Shown here one piece after another: positions 1 to 8,200 of a DNA stretch of 13,132 bases; positions within the stretch are counted from its first letter, which is position 1; each line of letters starts with the position of its first letter. Location of the stretch: contig CAXGUD010000073.1 of NCBI GenBank assembly GCA_964012805.1, positions 1 to 13,132 of the forward strand. Reading direction: 5' to 3'. A program made the position numbers and the translations under genes. The notes beneath the pieces are model-generated. The model had not been told where the DNA came from and did no database searches. It saw only the letters and a list, made by a program, of their open reading frames with translations. Origin of the DNA: an uncultured Bacteriovoracaceae bacterium (GTDB lineage: Bacteria > Bdellovibrionota > Bacteriovoracia > Bacteriovoracales > Bacteriovoracaceae).

Positions 1-1457
1 TTTTCCTCACTCTCCTTAGTTATTAATGTAAGACCCATTTCAAAGGGGTCATCAATTTTAATAACTGTTCTTTCTAAAATACTAGATGGAGCAGTCAGAG
101 AAAAAAAAGTTTCAGACATAGAATGAACTTCAACATCATGCTCACTCTTTACAATACTCCTCATATCTTTTTTGTCTAAATAATAACGCTTTTCAGTTTT
201 TGCAAAACTTAAGGATGGATCATGAGTTAATTGCCGACCTTCTTTTTCTTCAAAACTCTTGATTATGTCTGAAGTCAATTGTAGGGAAAATTCTTTTTTT
301 ATTGGCAAAACTCTTTCATAATTTAATTTTTTCTTTAAATTGGATAAATCTTCATCTTCGTTAAATATAATAATAAAAGGTGAAAAACCTTTGCTTTTTT
401 TAATTAATTCAATTACTTTTCTAAAAGCTTGTAAATCATTTGGTATAAAAAATTTCGCTGGATTTCTTACTTTCTTTTTAGAAAACACAATTATGCTTGG
501 CATGACTTCTTTGATAACTTTACCCTCATCATCCATAAACTGATGGACTCTTATTGAATAGGAAAAGTCATCAATTTGTTTTTGGGTCTGTTTTAATATT
601 TCTAAGTCTTCATCAAAAAATAAAACTTTTACTCTCTTCCCAATAGAAGGTTTGTTTTTGTTATCAAACCAATTTTCCCTCTCTTTCTTTTTCATTAATT
701 CTAATTTTTCCATTTTCTTCAATTTTTCATCCGGATTTAACCTCTCAAGCTCATCAGGTCCTAATTCATCTTCTAACTTTGGGTTTAAAAACTTTAAGTC
801 ATAAGAAAAACTAAAATTGTAATAAAAGTTTTCCTCTATTTTTCTTATTACTTTAAAATGGCTACATTTCAATTCATCCACTATCCCTCCTGAAATTAAA
901 ACCTCTTCACCAATCTCTAGTTTTAAATTACATTCGACATGAATATATTCAGGTGTTACAAAACCAACTCTAAAAAAGTGAAATGCCTTTAAAGGGAAAA
1001 TTAATTGATCAACTAGAGCAACTTTTTGAATTTTTGCTACATCAGGGTAAGCCAACTTCATTCCATGAAAAACAGCATCAGTTACTTCTATACTTTTATT
1101 GTAAATAACGTTAAAGCCAGCAATTAAACCCCTATAAAATTCTTCGTTTGTATTATTTAAACCGCTTAGACCAATTAAAGGTATTCTCCTTGTTGTTGCC
1201 TGATCTTTTATAAATTTTGCTAGTTTCAGATAACTTTCTGAATAAAGTGAATAATCAATATATAAAATATTAAGTTCTAAGGTCACCAAATCTGTCATTA
1301 ACTTAAAAGCGCTTAAATTATCAATTACCTTTTTATTGAAAAAATTAAGCACAAGATTTGGATAAACCTTTTTAAAATGAGTAACTAACTTTTGAAAGTA
1401 AAGTTCATCTTCACCCAAGTAAGCCACATTGATATTACTTATACTTTTTTTTTCCAA
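1..1457 (-). CDS. Partial (runs off the window edge) >=485-aa hypothetical signalling protein with receiver-like and PilZ-like domains, apparently duplicated
   Basis: Absent from the ORF track because it has no stop in the window. TTG start at 1457-1455 follows an in-frame TAA and an AAGGAAAAG RBS. My translation is open to the edge: MEKKSISNINVAYLGEDELYFQKL...ILYIDYS...RIPLIGLSG...AGFNVIYNKS (REC-like)...VKVLFFDEDLEILK (second REC-like)...LTLITKESEE. Confidence 0.85.
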   Translation of the reverse strand, partial: MEKKSISNINVAYLGEDELYFQKLVTHFKKVYPNLVLNFFNKKVIDNLSAFKLMTDLVTLELNILYIDYSLYSESYLKLAKFIKDQATTRRIPLIGLSGLNNTNEEFYRGLIAGFNVIYNKSIEVTDAVFHGMKLAYPDVAKIQKVALVDQLIFPLKAFHFFRVGFVTPEYIHVECNLKLEIGEEVLISGGIVDELKCSHFKVIRKIEENFYYNFSFSYDLKFLNPKLEDELGPDELERLNPDEKLKKMEKLELMKKKERENWFDNKNKPSIGKRVKVLFFDEDLEILKQTQKQIDDFSYSIRVHQFMDDEGKVIKEVMPSIIVFSKKKVRNPAKFFIPNDLQAFRKVIELIKKSKGFSPFIIIFNEDEDLSNLKKKLNYERVLPIKKEFSLQLTSDIIKSFEEKEGRQLTHDPSLSFAKTEKRYYLDKKDMRSIVKSEHDVEVHSMSETFFSLTAPSSILERTVIKIDDPFEMGLTLITKESEE

Positions 1458-1827
1458 TTACTTTTCCTTAATAATTAACCTTGATTTTTTTTTAAAAAAA
1501 GAAGTTTGCCTTAAAGGACGTCTCTATTCTTTAATTCGATAAAACGAAAGCTCAATCTCTAAAAGCCTCATTTTTAAATTGACACTAATCATTATAATAG
1601 TAAATCTTTATATTCAGGAATAAAACAAAAGCTAGATAGGCTTTATTCAATGTTTATAAGGCCTTTTCCAACAATTAGTAAATAGTTTTTGTTTAATAAT
1701 TGGAATTTAAGATTAATCGGATTTTTTCTGGTTTTTATACCATAACTTTATTTAATTGGTTTTCTCAATAATTAACGACATTGCTTCCACTTCTTTTTGT
1801 GTTTTTAATTATTAGGTAAATGATAAC

Positions 1828-1856
1828 CTTGACACCTTAAAAACGGCTCCCAACTT
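1828..1856 (+). promoter_or_regulatory. Putative sigma32 (RpoH)-type heat-shock promoter
   Basis: CTTGACA-N14-CCCAACTT resembles the RpoH consensus CTTGAAA-N13-15-CCCCATNT. It lies about 90 nt upstream of an Hsp20 gene. Confidence 0.6.
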
Positions 1857-1861
1857 CATTA

Positions 1862-1949
1862 TGTGGATGAAAGACGGGCTTAAAGAGACGACTTTTACTC
1901 ACAAAATTTATTAACTTGTTAACTTGCTTAATCTAAGGAGTTTATTATG
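1862..1949 (+). ncRNA. ROSE-like RNA thermometer in the hsp20 5' UTR
   Basis: The 3' hairpin AACUUGCUUA-AUC-UAAGGAGUU (1921-1942) pairs the UUGCU motif, with G1926 bulged, against the Shine-Dalgarno AAGGAG. An imperfect 5' hairpin spans 1862-1903. Confidence 0.75.
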
Positions 1950-2363
1950 TTACCGAGAACAAGAAAATTAGCCCACCTTGACCCTTTTACTGTTGGTTTT
2001 GAGTCGATATTTGACCGCTTCGATTCTATGTTTGATTCCAAGCCATCTACTTTCCCACATTATGACCTCATTAAACTAGATGAAGAAAACTACAAAATCC
2101 AACTTTGCCTTGCTGGATTTAAAAAAGAGGACATAACGATTTCAATTGAAGATGGAAACCTTACGATTGAAGGGGCCAACAAAACAGAGGAGTCAGGGAC
2201 ATACCTTCACCAAGGCATATCAGCGAGGAAGTTTAAAAGACAATTTTCGATAGCAGACACAGTAGAAGCAACAAACGCTGAAATGAGTGATGGTATTTTG
2301 ACAATTAATCTTTTTAATAAAATCCCTGAATCGAAAAAGCCAAAGACAATTGCTATTTCTTAA
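1947..2363 (+). CDS. ibpA: Small heat-shock protein, Hsp20/IbpA family (138 aa)
   Basis: VGFESIFDRF N-terminus, FPHYDLIK..ENYKIQLCLAGF, YLHQGISARKFKRQF, DGILTINL and a C-terminal IxI motif (TIAIS). Strong AAGGAG RBS. Confidence 0.93.
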   Translation: MLPRTRKLAHLDPFTVGFESIFDRFDSMFDSKPSTFPHYDLIKLDEENYKIQLCLAGFKKEDITISIEDGNLTIEGANKTEESGTYLHQGISARKFKRQFSIADTVEATNAEMSDGILTINLFNKIPESKKPKTIAIS

Positions 2364-2375
2364 TTTAAGTTTGTA

Positions 2376-2400
2376 GGAGGGGGATTACCCCTCCGTTTTA
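2376..2400 (+). terminator. Probable intrinsic terminator or mRNA-stabilising hairpin after hsp20
   Basis: GGAGGGG-GATTA-CCCCTCC, a perfect 7-bp stem, followed by GTTTTA. Confidence 0.7.
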
Positions 2401-2435
2401 TCAAATTATTCAAAAAGGAAAGAGAGAAACTTATT

Positions 2436-3125
2436 ATGAGCCGTGACTACTATTCCACTTTAGGGGTCCCTAAAAACGCTTCAAAAAATGATATTAAAAA
2501 AGCTTATCGTAAGTTGGCCATGAAGTACCATCCTGATAGAAATTCTGGTCAGAAAGCTGAACAAATGTTTAAAGAAGCATCCGAGGCTTATGAAGTTTTA
2601 AGCGATGATAAGAAAAGGTCTCAATACGACCAATTTGGTAAAGGCTTTAACGACTTTCAAAGCGGCGGTAACGCCAATTTCAATAACGTCCAAGACATTC
2701 TCAAAGAGATGTTCGGCAATGGATCCTCCCCCTTCGGTAATATTTTTGGAAATGGAGGACAATCCAGTGCAGGTGGTATGTTTGACAATATTTTTTCTAA
2801 CTTTCAATCTCAAGGCTTTGGAGGAGCTCAAAGAGGCTTTGGAGGAAGTTCCTATCATCACCAAACAAAGCAAGATATGCATGTATCTCAAGAGTTACCC
2901 CTTACAAAGCTTCTTTTAGGATGCACTCTTAGGGTCAAAGTCCACTCAGGAAAACGGCTAGAACTTTCTATAAAAAGAGGAACAAAGCCAGGAAGTAAAA
3001 TGAGGCTTAGGGGCCAATCACCAAGTGGCGGAGACCTTATTATCGAGTTGAAAAGTCAAGTTCCCACACAAATTTCCTCAAAAGCGGAAAGACTTCTAAA
3101 AGAACTAGAGCAAGAAGGTTTTTAA
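2436..3125 (+). CDS. DnaJ-family (class B, CbpA-like) co-chaperone, 229 aa, with no Zn finger and a single C-terminal subdomain
   Basis: J-domain RDYYSTLGV...[15 protein letters not shown]...EAYEVLSD, then a G/F-rich linker, then [19 protein letters not shown] (DnaJ_C-like). Confidence 0.92.
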   Translation: MSRDYYSTLGVPKNASKNDIKKAYRKLAMKYHPDRNSGQKAEQMFKEASEAYEVLSDDKKRSQYDQFGKGFNDFQSGGNANFNNVQDILKEMFGNGSSPFGNIFGNGGQSSAGGMFDNIFSNFQSQGFGGAQRGFGGSSYHHQTKQDMHVSQELPLTKLLLGCTLRVKVHSGKRLELSIKRGTKPGSKMRLRGQSPSGGDLIIELKSQVPTQISSKAERLLKELEQEGF

Positions 3126-3323
3126 CCTATACTTTATCCACTTAAAAATACTTTTCTTCCTTCTAGAGCTTTTTTAAGAAAGTTATCAACTAAAACTTTC
3201 TTCTAAGATCCTTACAAAATTAATAACAAAACTTTTTACAAAATGAAAATTCAAAGTTTTTGTCTTAGGTTAGAAACATCCTTTTGTGATAACCTTAAAT
3301 TATTGAAGTGAAGAGGAAGAGAA

Positions 3324-4310
3324 ATGGCCATTTTGATAAAAAAAGCTGAATCCACAAAAGAGATCAATGATTCATTAAGACTCAGGTACCTGGTCTTAGA
3401 GGAATCCAAAAAAAATGTCAGTAAAATCTTCAGTTCTACTAAAAAGGTTTCAGACTTTTTTGATGTTTATCCTGATACAGTCAATATGATCGCTTATGAT
3501 ACGGGCAGACCCGTTGCCACATTAAGGGCGGTGCCTTACGAAGACCCCGAAAAAGCTGGTGCAGAGTTTAGTAAGGATGAAATAGACCTTCTCAATTTGA
3601 TTTTTGATTATTCAGAATCTTTTAATCAGATGAAAGGTGTGGCCTACTTTATAGATATTGTCGCAATTTCCCAGGACTATTCTCTAAATGACCTACTAAT
3701 TAAGTCCATCTTCAAAGGACTTCTCAATATTCTTGCAACCAAAAAGGTTGACTCCGTTTTTTTTAATGCCCCCAAACAGTTTGAAGACCATATTAAAGAG
3801 ATCGGTTTTCGAGAGCTTGCTTCTAAATTTAACAGCCCATCTCTAGGAAGAGACATAACTCCCTCCTTCCTTGATATCAGGGCGTACTACGATAATTTTA
3901 TTGGAAAAATTAAAGACAGAGAAATATTGCGTTTTCAAGAAACCTTTTACTTCATAGTTTATGAAGCAGGTGAAATATGCATGACCCAAGGAGAGAAAGG
4001 AGCAACGGCTCTTTTAGTTGAGTCTGGAGAATTAGAGGTACTCATATTTAAGGACGATAATATTATACCAGTTAAATCTGTCCAGGAAGGAAACCTCGTA
4101 GGAGAAATCGGACTCGTGACGAATGAACAAAGAACTGCTTCTGCCATGGCAAGAAAACAAACAGCATGTGTGGCCTTTGATAGAGAGTTCTTTTTAGGTG
4201 TTATGAGACAACAGCCTAATAAAATGGTCGATATGTTCAAAATATTTTCAAAAAGAATTAGGTCAACCAATGAAGAGTTGGCAAGACTTAAAAAAGGTCA
4301 AGGCGAATGA
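3324..4310 (+). CDS. GNAT-fold (FeeM/LuxI-like N-acyltransferase-type) domain fused to a C-terminal cyclic-nucleotide-binding domain (328 aa)
   Basis: N-terminal A.S.KE...LRLRYLV...DFFD...IAYDTGRPVATLR...IGF. C-terminal YEAGEICMTQGEKG...VESGELEV...GEIGLVTNEQRTASA is a phosphate-binding cassette. GAGGAAG RBS. Confidence 0.82.
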   Translation: MAILIKKAESTKEINDSLRLRYLVLEESKKNVSKIFSSTKKVSDFFDVYPDTVNMIAYDTGRPVATLRAVPYEDPEKAGAEFSKDEIDLLNLIFDYSESFNQMKGVAYFIDIVAISQDYSLNDLLIKSIFKGLLNILATKKVDSVFFNAPKQFEDHIKEIGFRELASKFNSPSLGRDITPSFLDIRAYYDNFIGKIKDREILRFQETFYFIVYEAGEICMTQGEKGATALLVESGELEVLIFKDDNIIPVKSVQEGNLVGEIGLVTNEQRTASAMARKQTACVAFDREFFLGVMRQQPNKMVDMFKIFSKRIRSTNEELARLKKGQGE

Positions 4311-5206
4311 GAAAGATCTTTTATATCCTCTTTGTTTCGCATGATGAATCTCAAGCCTCTGTTTATGCTGATAAGGTCAAAAACGGATTCCCTCAAATCC
4401 CCATTAATATTGACTTTGCAACTGATGGAAGCAAAGCATTAGAAAAATTTGAAAAGTTTTATCACAGACATAGACAGAAAGGAGACTTCCTCCATAGACT
4501 TGTTATTTCAGATATCAATATGCCTGTTATGGATGGCCTTACACTTGTAAAAGAAATCCGTAAAACAGAAGGAAGCTCAGTTATCTTTCTTTTAGGTGAT
4601 AAGGATCCAGACATAGATGACCCTGCTGTAGATTTTATTGAAACCCCCATCGTTAATTGGACTCATTTTCTATCAAAAGTTGAAAGTTTAATACCGGAAG
4701 AGTTTAGAATAACTTATGGGATGCCTAAGGCCGATACTCACATTAACAAAAAGCTTAATGAGTTTTCAGTTCAATTTCTTAAAGAAAATGGAGTCGACCA
4801 AACTAAAAAAGGTAATCTTCCGGCCTCCATCCTGCCAAAATATTTCGAGGAAGATGGGGAAGATCAGTCACCTGTAAATTCACAAGATATAAAGGACGAT
4901 AAAGATACTGTAATAAAACTTTTAAATAGAAAATTAAAAAGACTTGAAAAAACTCAGATAAAACAAGAGTTTGGATTATCTAAAAAGAGAATCCTCATTC
5001 AAACATCTATTGAGGTCATTTTCCTTGGAGGCCTTCTCTTCTACACTATTTACCTCTTTAAAGACCAAAATGAGTTACTGAAAGCCCCTTTTAATCAATT
5101 TAAATATGTCATGGCGCTTATTACAATTTTGGCCTTCTTCTCTTACTTTTTTAGCAAAGTCTTCGAAAAATATTTTGTCAAAAAAGAAAAGGAAAAATAT
5201 AATTAG
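4307..5206 (+). CDS. Atypical response-regulator receiver protein with two C-terminal transmembrane helices (299 aa)
   Basis: ATDGSKALEK...LVISDINMPVMDGLTLVKEIRK is a REC signature. Hydrophobic segments IEVIFLGGLLFYTIYLF and YVMALITILAFFSYFF. ATGA overlap with the upstream gene. Confidence 0.85.
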   Translation: MRKIFYILFVSHDESQASVYADKVKNGFPQIPINIDFATDGSKALEKFEKFYHRHRQKGDFLHRLVISDINMPVMDGLTLVKEIRKTEGSSVIFLLGDKDPDIDDPAVDFIETPIVNWTHFLSKVESLIPEEFRITYGMPKADTHINKKLNEFSVQFLKENGVDQTKKGNLPASILPKYFEEDGEDQSPVNSQDIKDDKDTVIKLLNRKLKRLEKTQIKQEFGLSKKRILIQTSIEVIFLGGLLFYTIYLFKDQNELLKAPFNQFKYVMALITILAFFSYFFSKVFEKYFVKKEKEKYN

Positions 5207-5246
5207 CTTCGTATCTTTGGCATTAATATGAGGTTATTTATCTAAA

Positions 5247-8200
5247 TCAAAGTGGGCAATACTGCATAATCCATTCATTCCGGGCCCTAAAAGGATCATC
5301 TTCATGATCTTCTAAAGATGCTTTATAAGGCCTCCAACCTGATCTGCAAAAACCTCTTGCATCTCTATCTTTACTTTCAAGGTCACACATATAAAAAGGC
5401 TTTTTTCCTAAATGAGTAATAATAGACTTTCCATTCATTCCCCGACACACATTCCTCTTTTCAGTTAACTTCTTGATTTTTTCAGCTTCAGAGGTTTTAG
5501 GGCAATTTTTTATAATCCATTCATTACGAAGTTCTGTATTTTCTTTCTTACTTTTATTTTTAGAGTGTTTGTAGGGATTTAATCCCCTTTTACACGTACT
5601 ATCTTCATTTCTTTCATCATCTTTTGGGCAAACAAAAAATTGTCTATCTCCTAAAAATAAAATAAGTTCTGCTGCTGTTTTCCCTAGACAAATTTCAAAA
5701 TTTTTATTGGTAAACTTTTTAAACTCCTGAACTGCCTTATCACCCTTTAAGATCCTCGTCCTAAAATCTGTCCACTCAGCATCTCCGTAATGCATTCCAT
5801 TTTCAGAAGCCGCCATAGTCAACCTGTAGCGGTTGGCCCAAAGAAGTGTCCTCTTTTTTATTACTAAGTGTTCTACAATGGAGTGGAGGGGGTGGTTTCT
5901 ATCCTCAATCCTAAATTGAATAATATTGAGACCTTCTTTAAACTGTCCCTTATCATTTTTTATAACAATCGTTTCAAGGCTTTTGTTTTTAAAAAAATTA
6001 AGAGTTTCTTTTCTTCTTAAATTGAAATAAAGGGTTTTTGGCTTCTTTTTTAAGCTAAAGCGGATCGTAAAGAATTTCTTTCCTATGAGACTTGCCGTTA
6101 GCCCCGATACCTGAATTCCTTCCCAATTAGGCCTGTAATAATCAAAGCTTCTTTTCATTTTTATAATATTAGGGTCTACAAACTTGCCAGTATCTCTAAA
6201 TTTAAACGTTCGGTGGGCATTAATTAGCTTATTATTAAAGTAACCTTGATAGGGAATTTTTTCTCCATCTAAGACAACTCTTAAAAGCTTAATCATTTCC
6301 GGTCCATAATCTCCCGAATAAAAGAACTCTCCCAATTCTTCCGTAAACTCCTTAAGACTTTTATCTGTATTCCCAGGGTAACGCGCCCTTTTTTTCAACT
6401 CCATCCACCTTTGGTATTTCATCATCGCAACTAAAATATCATCCTTTTCTTTTAATTTACTTCCTAACATGCTCATAGGAATGGTTCCTGCATACACGGC
6501 CATTCTCTTAAGGACAGCCTTAACTCTTTTCGCGTTGGTGTCCCAATCTTTTTGATCAAAGGCCTTCATAAGAGCGGCCCACTTTTTATCAACTGGATAA
6601 TTCAATAATTTTTCAACTTGCATTCTGTTTATTTTTAAAGTGTATTGCAAATCTGTTTTACCAAGATTTCCCTTGAAATAGCCTCTTTTCCCTTTAGGAG
6701 GAAGAGGAAACATCCCCGGCATATCAAGAGAGCTTTCCACTTCTTTAACAAACTCTACATATTCTTTAGGTGTAATGGCCGCATTGGACCTCTTAACCTC
6801 GACAACAACATATAGAGAGTTCGGGTCCTTATTTTTGCGGTGTAATTCGTGCTTAAACCTCTCCGGATCGATATGGACAGTAAATTTATGGGACCTATCA
6901 TTGTTAAAAGCAAAAAGAATTTTTCTCTGCCTCTCAGACATAACCTCAGTATCAAAATAATGCTCATGCTGTCCACCAACATTACCGTCTGTTTCAGTTG
7001 TTGTAATCACTTTACTTTTCCTTAGAGAAACTAAAAAAAGCTCCATATATTTGGTTCGGTTTTTAATATTCTTTTTTTCTTTTTTTGTATAAATCCGCTC
7101 TACAGGTTTTTTACTTAATTTTCCAAAACTCATGAACCCCTTTTTAGAAGAATACTTTGCCAACAACCTAAAATCACCCCACGCAGCCTTGTTATAGGCT
7201 TCGGCCCCTTCTTTAGTATTGATATTAACTCTATAGGCCTGTTCATAAACAAGGGCCTTAGACTTTTCCATTGAATAGGTAAAAGGCCTGAATTTTGGAA
7301 TGCCAGCTAGAGTTTTATAAATAAAATTCCCCTCTATTTTATTGTCTAGCTTCATCATACTTTTTAAGTCTGTCGTTGCCGTATTTCCTAGAGTTCCTCG
7401 AACACCTCGCTGCTTTATTCTTGTTAATTTAATTCTTACAAATTGATCATTCCCAGGTCCCGGTGGTTCTCTTAAAACCGTCACTCGATGCTGACCCTTA
7501 ACAAAAAATCCACCCTCAATGCCAGACCTGAAAACTTTAAAAAAATAAGACTGAGGTGGAAGAGGGGTTCCAAAACCAACACCCAGATAAACTCCACCAT
7601 TTAAACTATAAGACATGACCTCATAAGGCTCCATGTATTTTACTAAACCCGTTCGAAGGGGAAGCCTTAAGGTTTGTGTAATGGGGTTTAAAATACCGGC
7701 AAGGTAAACCTTACCAAAAATTTCCTTATCACTAGGGGGCATAAAGTGCTTAAACTCTTCGTTTGTCTCTTTGATCGTATTGTGGCTTGGTCTTTTTGGC
7801 TCCTTATCCGACTTTCTTTTTATCTGTTTAATCAGAGTTTTTAGACGGGGAAAGAGCTTGTAATCCCTTGGGGAAACAGTTCTAACATTTTGAAACTCAA
7901 GATCAATATTAGCGTTACCTTTAGCGTAAAAAGGACTAAAGCCAAGGTTAACACTTGGGACAATAGACAATTTAAAATAATCATAAACTGAGTAGGTCGA
8001 TCTAACATTTTTGTTGGCGATGGCCTTTCTATAGACTTGAAGTCTAAGGCCTACTCCATAAGTCAGGCTCGTACCAGGTACAGGAGAAGCTTGCTCATCT
8101 CCCTCTTTCCCCATGCTTCCTTTGGCAAGGTCAAAACTTGTTGAGAATTTACCAAGTTCATTAAAAAGGTGGTTTGTCAGAGCATCTTTTGAAACCGCTT

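Noticed and set aside
340..543. 67-aa plus-strand ORF from the track
   Set aside because: It is an antisense shadow of the long minus-strand gene at 1-1457.
1579..1598. Perfect TTGACA and TATAAT hexamers close together
   Set aside because: The spacer is only 8 nt, which is incompatible with a sigma70 promoter.
1458..1946. CIRCE/HrcA operator upstream of the chaperone genes
   Set aside because: I found no TTAGCACTC-N9-GAGTGCTAA match.
3126..3323. DnaA-box-like words (TTATCCACT, TTATCAACT) suggesting an origin
   Set aside because: The matches are few and imperfect, expected by chance in AT-rich DNA, and there is no oriC gene context.
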